The position numbers and the translations under genes are program-made. From Sphingomonadaceae bacterium (GTDB lineage: Bacteria > Pseudomonadota > Alphaproteobacteria > Sphingomonadales > Sphingomonadaceae), in assembly GCA_009923795.1 (NCBI GenBank), contig RFSU01000001.1:1-40619 (forward strand): a DNA stretch of 40,619 nucleotides. Direction: 5' to 3'. Of the stretch, positions 26,983 to 37,518 are shown piece after piece. Positions within the stretch are counted from its first letter, which is position 1. The number at the start of each line of letters is the position of its first letter. The notes below the pieces were generated by a model that saw only the letters and a list, made by a program, of their open reading frames with translations, made no database searches and had not been told where the DNA came from.

Positions 26983-27930
26983 GTGACCAGGGGGATTGTA
27001 CATAGTCAGGATCGACGGCTGTTCGCGCTCGGGCTGCGCCTGCTCGCGATATTCGGCCTGTCGTCGCTCTCCCTCTTGGTTAAACTGGCCAGTGAAAGCG
27101 GCATCAGGCTCCCCGAAATCATGTTCTGGCGGCAATTTGCCGCAATGCCCGTTGTCTTGCTCTGGATTGTGATGACAGCGGGCCTGAATAGCCTGAAGAC
27201 GCAGCGTTTCGGCGCACATGCCCGTCGCTCTGTCTTTGGCATGATCGGCATGTTTTTCACCTTTGGCAGCGTCGTCCTCTTGCCCTTGGCGGAAGCGACG
27301 ACTTTGGGCTTCACCGTCCCCATTTTCGCAACCTTGCTCTCCGCCTTGGTGCTGCGTGAGTCCGTCGGCGTGCATCGCTGGGGCGCGATCATCCTCGGCT
27401 TTACGGGCGTTCTTGTGGTAATCCAGCCCGGCACGGGCGGCTTTCCCCTGACAGGCGCGTTGGTTGGGCTGACATCTGCCTTCATGATTGGGCTGATCAG
27501 CCTCCAATTGCGCGAGATGGGCCGAACCGAACCTGCAGCGACAACCGTTTTCTACTTCTCGCTCATCTCCTCAACCCTGCTGCTCACGCTGCACCTTGCG
27601 CCCCTGCCGCTCCAACTGGAACAGGCAGTCGCTTGGGGACGCGGCTCGCATAGCCTGTATCAATGGGGGCTTATTGCAGGGCTTGGCCTGTGCGGCGGGC
27701 TGGGCCAGATCGCGCTGACAGCGTCGCTGCGCTACGCGCCTGTCTCCACCGTGGTCGGCATGGATTATACCAGCCTCATTTGGTCAACGATCTATGGATG
27801 GGCCATTTGGGGGGCGCTGCCCGGCACCTCCACTTGGGCGGGTGCGCCGCTCATCATCGCAAGTGGCCTCTATATCGCTTGGCGGGAACACCGCCTCTCC
27901 ATCCACCAGCCCAAAGAAGTTGCCCCATGA
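26983..27930 (+). CDS. DMT/EamA family transporter (start uncertain)
   Basis: About 10 TM segments, with LPLAEATTLGFTVPIF, LRESVGVHRW and DYTSLIWS. Confidence 0.9.
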   Translation: MTRGIVHSQDRRLFALGLRLLAIFGLSSLSLLVKLASESGIRLPEIMFWRQFAAMPVVLLWIVMTAGLNSLKTQRFGAHARRSVFGMIGMFFTFGSVVLLPLAEATTLGFTVPIFATLLSALVLRESVGVHRWGAIILGFTGVLVVIQPGTGGFPLTGALVGLTSAFMIGLISLQLREMGRTEPAATTVFYFSLISSTLLLTLHLAPLPLQLEQAVAWGRGSHSLYQWGLIAGLGLCGGLGQIALTASLRYAPVSTVVGMDYTSLIWSTIYGWAIWGALPGTSTWAGAPLIIASGLYIAWREHRLSIHQPKEVAP

Positions 27931-28574
27931 CTTTGCCCATTTTGCATCATTGCGAAGGCGCACGATCCTTTCGCTGTCTTTGGGCTGCCGAAGAAGCAGG
28001 CTTTGACCTTGATCTGCGGCAATGGCCCTTCCCGCCACGTGTCTTTGCCAAAGAATTTAAGGATGTGAACCCGCTGGGCACCATCCCGGCTTGGGAAGAA
28101 AACGGCCATCTGCTGACCGAAAGCGCCGCCATCTGCCAGCGCATTGCGATGGGAAGCGAATTGGAGGTTCGGCCAGACGAGGCAGAGTATCTACCTTGGC
28201 TCAACTGGCTGCATAGGAGCGATGCAACTCTCACCTTCCCGCTCACCATCGTGCTGCGCTACACCCGGCTGGAGCCGAAGGAACGGCAGCTTCCGCAAGC
28301 CGTGGAGGACTATAAAGGCTTCTTCCTTGGCCGTGCGAAAAGCATAGAAGAGGCGCTGAGCGATGGCAGAGACTGGCTCGTGGCCGGGCGCTTTACGATT
28401 GCCGACATTTGCGTCGGCTATGCCGTCCATCTTGCCGCGGGCTTTGGCTTTGACGCAGAACTCGGGCCACGGACGCAAGATTGGTATGCGCGGCTCAAGC
28501 AACGCCCCGGCTTTCTGGCCGCCCGACAGCGCGAACGCGACAATCGGCCGAAAGGGCCTGCCGCCCCCCTTTAA
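27927..28574 (+). CDS. Glutathione S-transferase family protein
   Basis: RSFRCLW, VNPLGTIP, TESAAI and GRFTIADI. ATGA overlap with the DMT gene. Confidence 0.92.
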   Translation: MTLPILHHCEGARSFRCLWAAEEAGFDLDLRQWPFPPRVFAKEFKDVNPLGTIPAWEENGHLLTESAAICQRIAMGSELEVRPDEAEYLPWLNWLHRSDATLTFPLTIVLRYTRLEPKERQLPQAVEDYKGFFLGRAKSIEEALSDGRDWLVAGRFTIADICVGYAVHLAAGFGFDAELGPRTQDWYARLKQRPGFLAARQRERDNRPKGPAAPL

Positions 28575-28581
28575 CCCGCGC

Positions 28582-29769
28582 CTAAAGTCCCAGCACCATC
28601 TTCGCGATAATATTGCGCTGGATCTCATTTGATCCGCCATAGATGGAGGCGGCACGGCCGTTGAAATAACGGGGCACGGCCGTCAAAGCGATGTCGGGTC
28701 CGATAACGGCTTCATTGCTGCCCGGCTGGCGCGCGGCAAATTGGCTGACGGCGGCATAATCGCCGGAGAGTTCCACCGCCAATTGCTGCACCTGCTGCGC
28801 CGTTTCTGTGCCCTGTATCTTCAACATAGAGGCGGCAGGCCCCGGATTACGGCCGCCGGCGACCTGCGCCATCACGACATCTTCACTTGCCTCAATCGCC
28901 GTAATTTGCGCGGCAAGGATCGACATGCGGCGGCGAATGCCGGGGGTCTCGAGCAAAGGAGCGCCTGAATCATCGGTCAAGCTGCGGGCATGACGAACAA
29001 CCTCTGCAAGTGCTGCTTTAAGCCCCGCCGAATGGGCGACAGCCCGTTCAAATTCGAGCAGATATTTGGCAACGCCCCACCCCTGATCCTCTTCCCCCAG
29101 ACGACCGGAAACGGGCACACGCACATCTTCAAAAAAGACCTGATTAAAATCATGGTCATCGGCGATGGACGGAATGGGGCGGACAGTGATGCCGGGCGTA
29201 TCCATATCAAGCAGCAGGAAAGTGATCCCCTGTTGCGGGCGGCCATCGCGATTGGTGCGGACAAGGCAGAACATCTTCGTCGCCACATGGGCGTGCGTCG
29301 TCCAGATTTTTGAGCCGTTCAGGACATAATGATCGCCATCCCGATCCGCCCGCAAAGAAAGCGACGCGAGGTCAGACCCTGATCCCGGCTCTGAATAGCC
29401 TTGGCACCAATAATCCTCGCCCGACAGGATGCGCGGCAGGTACCAGGATTTTTGCTCAGCCGTGCCATACTGCATGATGACGGGAGCGACCATGCGCAGC
29501 CCCATGGGGGAGAGCGAGGGGGCGCCTGCGCGCGCGCATTCCGAAGCAAAGATATGGCGTTCGGCTTCGCTCCAGCCCGTCCCGCCAAGTTCCTTGGGCC
29601 AGGTCGGCGCGACCCAGCCCTTTTTATGCAGGATGGCCTGCCATTTCAGCGTGTGCGGCTTATCGACAAAGACGCTGGTCGACTTGGTGGCGACATCGCG
29701 CAATTCGTCCGTCAGATGATCGGAGAGCCAGTCCCGCACCTCAGCCTGAAAGGCCGCCAGATCCGCCAT
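28582..29769 (-). CDS. Acyl-CoA dehydrogenase (PimC/FadE-like)
   Basis: Motifs WCQGYSEPGSGSDLASL, NGSKIWTT, FNQVFFEDVRVP and IYGGSNEIQRNII. Confidence 0.93.
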   Translation of the reverse strand: MADLAAFQAEVRDWLSDHLTDELRDVATKSTSVFVDKPHTLKWQAILHKKGWVAPTWPKELGGTGWSEAERHIFASECARAGAPSLSPMGLRMVAPVIMQYGTAEQKSWYLPRILSGEDYWCQGYSEPGSGSDLASLSLRADRDGDHYVLNGSKIWTTHAHVATKMFCLVRTNRDGRPQQGITFLLLDMDTPGITVRPIPSIADDHDFNQVFFEDVRVPVSGRLGEEDQGWGVAKYLLEFERAVAHSAGLKAALAEVVRHARSLTDDSGAPLLETPGIRRRMSILAAQITAIEASEDVVMAQVAGGRNPGPAASMLKIQGTETAQQVQQLAVELSGDYAAVSQFAARQPGSNEAVIGPDIALTAVPRYFNGRAASIYGGSNEIQRNIIAKMVLGL

Positions 29770-29771
29770 AT

Positions 29772-31328
29772 CTAATTCACCTGCCGATCACGTCCCGTCC
29801 AATAGGGCGCGCGCAAATCCTTTCGCAAAATCTTGCCGCTGGCGTTGCGGGGCAGCGCCTCAATAATGTCGATGGATTTGGGCACCTTAAACCCGGCAAT
29901 CTTCTCCCGCGCCCAAGCGATGACATCATCTGCGTCAATCTCTGCGCCCGGCTTTGGAACGCACACGGCCTTTACAGCCTCCCCCCATCGGTCATCAGGA
30001 ACGCCGATTACGGCGACCTCCAACACGGCGGGATGGCCGTAAATCGCGCTTTCCACCTCTGCTGGATAGACATTTTCCCCGCCGGAAATGATCATATCCT
30101 TCACCCGATCGTGAATATAGACATAACCGTCCGCATCCACATAGGCGGCGTCTCCGGTATAGACCCAGCCATCGTTGGTCAGTGTTTTCTGCGTGGCATC
30201 GGGCAGGTTCCAATAGCCGAGCATATTGTTGGACGAGCGGGTGACGAGTTCCCCCACCTCTCCGGTTGGGACTTGCTTGCCCTCCCCATCCACAATCTTG
30301 ATTTCAACGCCGGGCAACGGCTTTCCGGCCGAGCGCATCCGCTGATTACCATTGGGGTCATGGTCTTCGGGCGGCAGCATGATGATGGTGCCCGTGGTTT
30401 CCGTCATCCCGTAATTCTGGATAAACTCACAGCCGAACATCTGGATGCACTGGCGCAAAAGCTCCAGCGGGATGGGGGCGGCCCCATATAGGATATATTT
30501 GAGGCGGCTATAATCGACCGTCGCACAGCGCGGATGCTGCAACAAAATGTGGAGCGCGGCGGGCACGATGAAAAAGCGCGTCACGCCGCCTGTTTCAATC
30601 GCATCAAACAGGCCATCGGGCGTAAATTCCGCGAGCACATAACCCGGCAATCCGCTGGCCAGCGCCATCACACCAAGGCCCGTGCCGCCAATATGGGCGC
30701 AGGGCATGGCGACAAGGACGACTTCATCATTCTCCCACTGGGTATAGGCAAGGCCGCTATCGGCCGTTCCCTTGCGCAGCGCAAAGAGGTTGCGGTTGGA
30801 GAGCTCAACTCCCTTGGGGTTGCCCGTCGTGCCCGACGTATAGAGCTGCAACACCGCGTCGTCCGGCCCGGCGGCCTCAAACGCCACCCGATCCGTCTTG
30901 TCCAAAATCTCCCGCGCCTCAGTTGTGTTGATAAAGCGAGGGTTATGCGTCAGTTGGCCCGCCAACGCTGCCTCTACCCCTTCAAAACCCTGCCCGGTAA
31001 AGACCAGCTTTGATTGGGTGTCATTGACGATATAGGCCCATTCCGGGGCGGCCAACCGCCAGCCAATCGGAGCCATGACCACGCCCAAGCGCGCCGCGCC
31101 GTAAAATAGGGTAAAATAGAGATCGGAATTCTTCCCGATCCAGCAAATCCGCTCCCCCTTTTTAACGCCAGCCTTTTTCAGGAAAGCGGCGACCCGCGCG
31201 GTGCGCTCCTCCAGATCAGCATAGGACCAGAATCGATCTTCTTCCCGCAGGGCAAGCCGATCGGGCCGATCAACGCCCCAATGGCTGATAAACTCATCAA
31301 ACGTCAGTAAGTTGGCAGCATCAGCCAT
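29772..31328 (-). CDS. Fatty acid--CoA ligase
   Basis: Motifs YTSGTTGNPKG, YGMTE, TGD, DRVKDMIISGGENVYP and PRNASGK. Confidence 0.94.
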   Translation of the reverse strand: MADAANLLTFDEFISHWGVDRPDRLALREEDRFWSYADLEERTARVAAFLKKAGVKKGERICWIGKNSDLYFTLFYGAARLGVVMAPIGWRLAAPEWAYIVNDTQSKLVFTGQGFEGVEAALAGQLTHNPRFINTTEAREILDKTDRVAFEAAGPDDAVLQLYTSGTTGNPKGVELSNRNLFALRKGTADSGLAYTQWENDEVVLVAMPCAHIGGTGLGVMALASGLPGYVLAEFTPDGLFDAIETGGVTRFFIVPAALHILLQHPRCATVDYSRLKYILYGAAPIPLELLRQCIQMFGCEFIQNYGMTETTGTIIMLPPEDHDPNGNQRMRSAGKPLPGVEIKIVDGEGKQVPTGEVGELVTRSSNNMLGYWNLPDATQKTLTNDGWVYTGDAAYVDADGYVYIHDRVKDMIISGGENVYPAEVESAIYGHPAVLEVAVIGVPDDRWGEAVKAVCVPKPGAEIDADDVIAWAREKIAGFKVPKSIDIIEALPRNASGKILRKDLRAPYWTGRDRQVN

Positions 31329-31386
31329 CGGCTATCCCCTCCGCGATTCTCTTTTGCCGAGACGCTAACCGCAATGGCCTGTGCCG

Positions 31387-31478
31387 TCACCCTGAACTTG
31401 GTTCAGTGTCCATCTTCGTGCCGTCTTCAGATGATGGCATGTGCCGCAACCGTGGATGCTGAAACAAGTTCAGCATGA
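31387..31478. repeat. REP/MITE-like nested palindromic intergenic element
   Basis: 26-bp terminal inverted arms match at 21/26 positions. Each arm is itself a hairpin, and there is a central hairpin. Confidence 0.75.
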
Positions 31479-31493
31479 AGAAGGCCTGCGGAT

Positions 31494-32132
31494 TTAAGTA
31501 GGTTTACGGAAGACCAATGAGAGGTTGTTGGCGGGCATTTCAATCCGCTGATCAAGCCGCAGGTCGTGCGCGGCAGCAAGCGTTGTAACCTCTGTCAGAT
31601 CACTCAGGCCCCAATCCGAGTTTTGCGCGCGCAGATTTGCATCAAAAGCCAGATTGCTGGGCGCAGTCTCCACGCCCGGTTCGATATAAGGCCCGTAGAG
31701 GATGAGCGGCGCGCCTTTGGACAACAGACGTCCCGCCCCTGCCATCGCCCCCTGTGTCGCCGCCCAAGGGGCGATGTGCACCATGTTGATGCACAGTAGA
31801 GCATCTGCCTTTGCCACCGGCCAATCCGGCGCGGAGGCATCGATCAGGACGGGCGGCAAAAGATTGGGCAGGCCCGCTTCGGCCGACCAAGCAGAGATGG
31901 ACTCCAGCCCCAACACATCATGATCACTCGGTTGCCAGAGCAGTTGCGGGAAAGCGCCGGCGAAATGGACGATATGCTCCCCCGTTCCGCTTGCGATTTC
32001 GAGCACCGTTCCAGTCGCGGGCAGACTACCCAACAGCATGTCTGCAATCGCATCTCGATTGCGGGCCGTGGCCGGCGCATGGCGCTTGGCCTCTGGCCCG
32101 GCGTTGAGGGTGAAGGGTTGGGGATCGGTCAC
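31494..32132 (-). CDS. DUF938 putative SAM-dependent methyltransferase
   Basis: APATARNR, VLEIASGTGEH, WQPSD, INMVHI, LYGPY, SNLAFD and MPANN. GTGA overlap with the gcvPB stop. Confidence 0.9.
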   Translation of the reverse strand: MTDPQPFTLNAGPEAKRHAPATARNRDAIADMLLGSLPATGTVLEIASGTGEHIVHFAGAFPQLLWQPSDHDVLGLESISAWSAEAGLPNLLPPVLIDASAPDWPVAKADALLCINMVHIAPWAATQGAMAGAGRLLSKGAPLILYGPYIEPGVETAPSNLAFDANLRAQNSDWGLSDLTEVTTLAAAHDLRLDQRIEMPANNLSLVFRKPT

Positions 32133-33697
32133 TCTGCCGCTTCTGCCAGTTCTGGGGGGTGCCAGACAAGCACGGGTTTGCGAGCGGCGAGCGTTTCATC
32201 GAGCCTGCGGCGCGGCGCGAAGTGCGGTGCGCTCTTCAAAGCGGGGTCGCCCTGTTTGGCGCGCAGCGCAACAGACCGCAGCGCGCCAATAAACTGATCG
32301 AGCGCCGCCTTAGACTCTGTCTCGGTTGGCTCAACCAGCATTGCCCCATGCACGACCAGCGGAAAATAAACGGTCATGGGGTGGAAGCCCTCATCAATCA
32401 GTCCCTTGGCGATATCGAGCGTCGAGAAACCCTCGGCCAGATTGGCGTCCGAGAACAGGGCTTCATGCATGCAGGGGCCAGAGGTGGCAAAGGGCGCGTC
32501 CAGCACGTCTTCCAATTGCCTCAGGACATAATTGGCGTTGAGCACGGCATCTTCGGCCACCTGCCGCAATCCATCGGCCCCATGGCTCAGGATATAGGAG
32601 AGCGCCCGGGTGAACATGCCCATTTGACCGTGGAAGGCCGTCATGCGGCCAAAGCTCTGCGGCAGAGCATCGCCCGCCATTTCTTCTTCGATCAAACGCA
32701 AGCTGCCATCGGCTGCCTTTGTGACAAAGGGAATGGGCGCAAAGGGCGCCAATGCTTCTGACAGCACAACCGGGCCAGAGCCGGGGCCGCCGCCGCCATG
32801 CGGGGTGGAGAAGGTTTTGTGCAAATTGATATGCATGGCATCGACGCCCAAATCGCCGGGGCGCACCCGGCCGACAATCGCGTTGAAGTTCGCGCCATCG
32901 CAATAGACATAACCGCCCGCCGCATGAACCGCATCAGAAATGGTCTTGAGATCGCGTTCAAAAAGCCCGCAGGTATTGGGATTGGTGATCATCACACCCG
33001 CCACATCGGGGCCAAGTCGCGCCAACAGGGCGGGCAAATCCACCCGGCCTTGGGGCGTTGCGGGAATGCTCTCCACTTGAAATCCGGCGAAGGCCGCTGT
33101 TGCGGGATTGGTGCCATGCGCCGATTCCGGCACAAGGACGACCGGACGATCCTCCCCGCGTGCCTCAAGTGCTGCCTTAATGGACAGGATACCGCACAAT
33201 TCCCCATGCGCGCCCGCTTTGGGCGACATGGCAACGGCGTGCATCCCGGTCAGCTTCACCAGCCAATCGGCCAGTTCATGGATCACCGCCAGCGCGCCCT
33301 GCACCGTTTCCTGCGGTTGCAGCGGGTGCACATCGGCAAAGCCCGTCATCCGGGCGATTTTTTCATTGAGGCGCGGATTATGCTTCATCGTGCAGGAGCC
33401 GAGCGGGAAGAGGCCGAGATCAATGGCGTAATTCTGACGGCTTAGGCGCGTATAATGGCGCACCGTTTCCGGCTCTGACAGGCCCGGCAGGCCAATGTCC
33501 CGAACACGGTCTAACCCGCCAAGCCGCGACGCGACCTTTGGGGTTTCGGCCAGATCGACACCCGTGGTGGTGCTGTCGCCAATCTCAAAGATCAGGGCCT
33601 CTTCCAACATCAGCGCCCGGTTTCCGGTAAAGCTGTTCAGTGGGCAATCGCTTGCGCCCCCCATTTCGGGGCGCCATCCGCTTTGGTTCAGGGTCAT
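32129..33697 (-). CDS. gcvPB: Glycine dehydrogenase subunit 2
   Basis: Motifs [43 protein letters not shown] (PLP Lys) and EPTETE. Confidence 0.97.
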   Translation of the reverse strand: MTLNQSGWRPEMGGASDCPLNSFTGNRALMLEEALIFEIGDSTTTGVDLAETPKVASRLGGLDRVRDIGLPGLSEPETVRHYTRLSRQNYAIDLGLFPLGSCTMKHNPRLNEKIARMTGFADVHPLQPQETVQGALAVIHELADWLVKLTGMHAVAMSPKAGAHGELCGILSIKAALEARGEDRPVVLVPESAHGTNPATAAFAGFQVESIPATPQGRVDLPALLARLGPDVAGVMITNPNTCGLFERDLKTISDAVHAAGGYVYCDGANFNAIVGRVRPGDLGVDAMHINLHKTFSTPHGGGGPGSGPVVLSEALAPFAPIPFVTKAADGSLRLIEEEMAGDALPQSFGRMTAFHGQMGMFTRALSYILSHGADGLRQVAEDAVLNANYVLRQLEDVLDAPFATSGPCMHEALFSDANLAEGFSTLDIAKGLIDEGFHPMTVYFPLVVHGAMLVEPTETESKAALDQFIGALRSVALRAKQGDPALKSAPHFAPRRRLDETLAARKPVLVWHPPELAEAAE

Positions 33698-35052
33698 GCC
33701 AGCACCTCCGAAAGCGCCAGCGCCAGCGCCTCTATATCCTCATCCGTCACTGTTTCGGTGACCGCCACGACCAGCCCATTGGCCAGCCCCGATACCTCTG
33801 GATAGAGCCGCCCCAGCGACACGCCGCCGAGCACACCGCGATCCGCCAACGCACGCACGACCGGCCGCGCCTCGCGTGAAAGCCGCAGGGTAAATTCGTT
33901 GAAGAAGCTTTGGGTCACTAACTCGACACCCGGAACCACCTGCAGCCGCTCTGCCGCCTGCACTGCCTTTCCATGATTGATCGCCGCCAGATCGCGCAGG
34001 CCCTTTTCCCCCAAGAGCGTGAGGTGGATGCTGAAGGCCAGCGCACAAAGGCCAGAATTGGTGCAGATATTGGATGTCGCCTTTTCCCGGCGAATATGTT
34101 GTTCGCGCGTAGAGAGCGTCAGCACAAAGCCGCGTTTCCCTTGCGCATCGACCGTCTCGCCACACAGGCGTCCCGGCATTTGGCGCACAAACTTTTCCTT
34201 GCAGGCAAAGAGCCCGACATAAGGCCCACCAAATTGCAGGCCAACGCCCAGTGATTGGCCTTCGCCCACAACAATATCCGCGCCCATCTCTCCCGGCGCA
34301 CAAATGGCCCCAAGCGCGACGGGCTCGGTCACAACCGCGATCAGGAGCGCGCCATGGTCATGCACACGCGCCGACAGGGCCGATAAATCCTCAATACGAC
34401 CCAGAATGTCGGGATATTGAACCACGACACAGCTCGTCTCTGCATCCACCGCCGCAATCAGGCGGTCCATGTCTGTTTCAGCCGAGAGTTCCGGCGTCGC
34501 CATATCGAGCCTATCGCCCGTGAAGTGCGCCATCGTCTTGGCGACACTCACATAATGGGGATGCAGACCGGAAGAGAGCACGGCCTTGCGACGGCGCGTG
34601 ATGCGCCCGGCCATGGAAATCGCTTCCCAACAGGCGGTTGAGCCATCATACATGGAGGCATTGGCCACATCGCAACCAAAGAGGCGCGCCACCTGCGTTT
34701 GAAATTCAAACAACATCTGAAGCGTGCCCTGCGCAATTTCCGGCTGATAGGGCGTATAGGCGGTCAGAAACTCCCCCCGCTGGATCAGGTGATCAATCGA
34801 GGCCGGCACATGATGCTTGTACGCCCCTGCCCCCAGGAAGAAGGGGTGGTCGCTGGCCGCGCTGTTTTTCTGTGCAAGCTTTGCGAAATGCCGCTCCACC
34901 GCCAGTTCGCTCGCATGATTGGCAAGGCCTGATATGGGTCGATCCAGACGGGCATGGTCGGGCACATCCACGAACAAATCATCAATTGAACGCGCGCCAA
35001 TGGTCGCCAGCATCTGCTGCCGGTCGCTCTGCGTCAGGGGAAGGTACCGCAT
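33694..35052 (-). CDS. gcvPA: Glycine dehydrogenase subunit 1
   Basis: Motifs [32 protein letters not shown] and [17 protein letters not shown]. Confidence 0.97.
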   Translation of the reverse strand: MRYLPLTQSDRQQMLATIGARSIDDLFVDVPDHARLDRPISGLANHASELAVERHFAKLAQKNSAASDHPFFLGAGAYKHHVPASIDHLIQRGEFLTAYTPYQPEIAQGTLQMLFEFQTQVARLFGCDVANASMYDGSTACWEAISMAGRITRRRKAVLSSGLHPHYVSVAKTMAHFTGDRLDMATPELSAETDMDRLIAAVDAETSCVVVQYPDILGRIEDLSALSARVHDHGALLIAVVTEPVALGAICAPGEMGADIVVGEGQSLGVGLQFGGPYVGLFACKEKFVRQMPGRLCGETVDAQGKRGFVLTLSTREQHIRREKATSNICTNSGLCALAFSIHLTLLGEKGLRDLAAINHGKAVQAAERLQVVPGVELVTQSFFNEFTLRLSREARPVVRALADRGVLGGVSLGRLYPEVSGLANGLVVAVTETVTDEDIEALALALSEVLA

Positions 35053-35074
35053 GGGGAAAGCTCCTTCGTTTGGC

Positions 35075-35446
35075 TTAAAGGGTGGCGACAAAGTCCTGAT
35101 ACGCAGCCGCATCCATCAGACCGTCCAGTTCTGAAGGATCGGCCAAAGTCAGCTTGAAGAACCAACCCTCCCCTTCCGGATCAGAATTGACGAGCGCAGG
35201 GTCATCGCCCAGCGCGGCGTTTCCCTGAGTAACGGTGCCAGAGACGGGCGCATACACATCAGACGCGGCCTTCACGGACTCGACGACTGCGGCATCGCCG
35301 CCCTTTGTCACCTGCGCGCCAACTGCGGGAACATCCACAAAAACAATATCGCCCAATTGGCTCTGCGCATAATCGGTGATGCCGACCAGGGCCTCGTTGC
35401 CGTCAACATCAATCCATTCATGTTCGGACGTGAAATAGCGGGTCAT
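35075..35446 (-). CDS. gcvH: Glycine cleavage system H protein
   Basis: Motifs [24 protein letters not shown] (lipoyl Lys) and [10 protein letters not shown]. Confidence 0.97.
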   Translation of the reverse strand: MTRYFTSEHEWIDVDGNEALVGITDYAQSQLGDIVFVDVPAVGAQVTKGGDAAVVESVKAASDVYAPVSGTVTQGNAALGDDPALVNSDPEGEGWFFKLTLADPSELDGLMDAAAYQDFVATL

Positions 35447-36585
35447 TTGGCGGCTCCTTTGCGATGATAACGGTGGGGAACAAACGGCATGGCCGTGACG
35501 GTCATCGGCACGCGCTTGCCGCGCACTTCGGCCTCTAACCGTGTGTCGGGTGCGCTATAGTTGGCAGAGACATAGCCCATGGCGATGGGGGCATTGACGC
35601 TGGGCGCAAATCCGCCCGAGGTGACGACCCCAATTTGTGTATTGCCCGCAAAAACCGGCGCGCCTTCGCGCACGGGCATCCGCCCATCGACCGTCAGGCC
35701 AACGCGACGCCGGGCAGGCCCCGCTTCGAGCTTGGCAAGAATGGCCGCAGCGCCCGGAAAGCCCCCAGCAGCGCGGCGGCGCTTCGAAAGCGCGAACATC
35801 AAATCCGCTTCGACCGGATCCGTTTCCTCATCCAGATCATGCCCATAAAGCGGCAGGCCCGCCTCCAGCCGCAGCGAATCCCGCGCGCCAAGGCCAATGG
35901 GCTTCACCTCTGGCTGGCGGCACAACAGCTCTGCAAATTCAGTCACATGTTCGGCGGGAATGGACATCTCAAAACCATCCTCCCCGGTATAGCCAGACCT
36001 GCTGATCCAAAGCGGCTCCAGCCCCCAAAAGAAGGAACCTGCCTCCATGAATGACAGGCCGTCTACACCCGGCACGATCCGGTTGAGCGCATCCACGGCT
36101 TTTGGCCCCTGAAGCGCAATCAGCGCGCGATCCTCAAGATGGCTCATGGTGATATCATCGGGCAGATATTCCCGCAAATGGCCGATATCATCCCATTTCA
36201 CCGCGCCATTGACGACGATAAACAGCACCATCGGTGCCCGTGCCACCATCAGATCATCGAGAATGCCGCCGGTGTCATTGAGCAGCAGAGCATAACGCTG
36301 CCGTCCCTCAGTCAGCGCACCAAGATCAGCAGTGATCAGCGTTTCAAGGGCGGTATCCAGCCCGTCGCCGGACAGGATCAACTGGCCCATATGTGACACA
36401 TCGAACAGGCCGGCGCTCTCCCGCGTCCAGAGATGCTCGGCGATAATCCCGTCATATTGGATGGGCATCAAATAGCCCGCAAAGGGCACCATGCGCGCGC
36501 CCTTGGCCCGGTGCCAAGCATCCAGCGGCAAAGTGTTAGGCTCAGCCTCCAGCCAGTTTTCAGGTTCGGGAGAAAATTCGCTCAT
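35443..36585 (-). CDS. gcvT: Glycine cleavage aminomethyltransferase
   Basis: Motifs [31 protein letters not shown] and [13 protein letters not shown]. Confidence 0.97.
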   Translation of the reverse strand: MSEFSPEPENWLEAEPNTLPLDAWHRAKGARMVPFAGYLMPIQYDGIIAEHLWTRESAGLFDVSHMGQLILSGDGLDTALETLITADLGALTEGRQRYALLLNDTGGILDDLMVARAPMVLFIVVNGAVKWDDIGHLREYLPDDITMSHLEDRALIALQGPKAVDALNRIVPGVDGLSFMEAGSFFWGLEPLWISRSGYTGEDGFEMSIPAEHVTEFAELLCRQPEVKPIGLGARDSLRLEAGLPLYGHDLDEETDPVEADLMFALSKRRRAAGGFPGAAAILAKLEAGPARRRVGLTVDGRMPVREGAPVFAGNTQIGVVTSGGFAPSVNAPIAMGYVSANYSAPDTRLEAEVRGKRVPMTVTAMPFVPHRYHRKGAAK

Positions 36586-36646
36586 CACATTGGATCCAGT
36601 CAAAAAGAGAACCAATGCCGCGCCCAAAAGCGATGCACCGGACCCC

Positions 36647-36840
36647 CTCTGTCACGGAACCTGAGAGCTTTCGCGCAACCCTTTCGGGACGCTTACCCCT
36701 TCGGTGGCTTCGACCAAGGCCGAAACGCTTTCCAGAGTGTCGCAACTGCCAGCGCGGTCCTTTTGCCTGAGAGATTCCGGGGCGGTTGCTCCTTCGGCGG
36801 GTCTGGCGAAGCAGACCCCTCTCCCGCGCTATCAGCGACT
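36647..36840 (-). ncRNA. Tandem glycine riboswitch
   Basis: Aptamer 1 (36830-36751): GCGCGGGAGAG..CGCCGAAGGAGCAA..CTCTCAGGCAAAAGGACCGCGC. Aptamer 2 (36737-36647): CTCTGGAAAG..CACCGAAGG..CTCTCAGG..GACAGAG. Located upstream of gcvT. Confidence 0.95.
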
Positions 36841-36870
36841 CGAATTAAATGGCTGGCCCAAGGGCCCAAG

Positions 36871-37518
36871 TCAACCGTTCAAAAATTGGCGCGCCCGCGC
36901 CCGCCAGCCATCGAACAGGACATCCATCTCTGAAAGGGCGGCCAAAGCCGCCCGATCTTCCTTATATTTGCCGCCCACAAGCAGATCAAAAACCCGGCGC
37001 GCCGTCCAATCGGGAAAGGGCCTGTCGAGAAGGATCAGATCATCCCCCAATTGCGCCTGACCGGCTTCAATGACGCGATAATACCAACCAGATCGCCCCT
37101 CCCGCACCATCAATTCGGGAAGCGTAGCCCATGCGAGACGATCCCCCTGTTTCCAACAGGGTTGGCGCGCCTGACTAACCTCTACCAGTGCGGAGCCAAG
37201 CCGAAAGCGGTCGCCAATGCACACCGTGTCTTCATCCAGTCCAGTGGTTGAGATGTTTTCGCCAAAGGCCCCGGGTGCGCGCAGCAGAGCCGTGTCAGGC
37301 GCGTCCTCTTTCCAGCGTGCGTAATGATCAAAGGGATAATGGTGGAGCGCCTTATCGCGCCCGCCATGATGCACCTGATCGGCCTGTTCATCCCCCATTA
37401 TGCCGAAAAGGCCAATCTGGACGGTGCCAGAGAGCGGCTGTTTGGCAATGGCGCTCCCCTCCCCGCGCGACAATGGCTGAACTCGGCCAGTCAGAAGGGC
37501 GCGAATGGGAAAGGACAT
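36871..37518 (-). CDS. MOSC domain protein (YiiM-like)
   Basis: GDEQAD..HHGGRDKA, FGENIST, IGDRFRLG, QARQPCWK and GWYYRVI. TAATG overlap with the upstream gene. Confidence 0.9.
   Translation of the reverse strand: MSFPIRALLTGRVQPLSRGEGSAIAKQPLSGTVQIGLFGIMGDEQADQVHHGGRDKALHHYPFDHYARWKEDAPDTALLRAPGAFGENISTTGLDEDTVCIGDRFRLGSALVEVSQARQPCWKQGDRLAWATLPELMVREGRSGWYYRVIEAGQAQLGDDLILLDRPFPDWTARRVFDLLVGGKYKEDRAALAALSEMDVLFDGWRARARQFLNG

Noticed and set aside
32129-35052. Split gcvP as a frameshifted pseudogene
   Set aside because: The two-subunit GcvPA/GcvPB form is established. Both ORFs are intact and coupled by an ATGA overlap.
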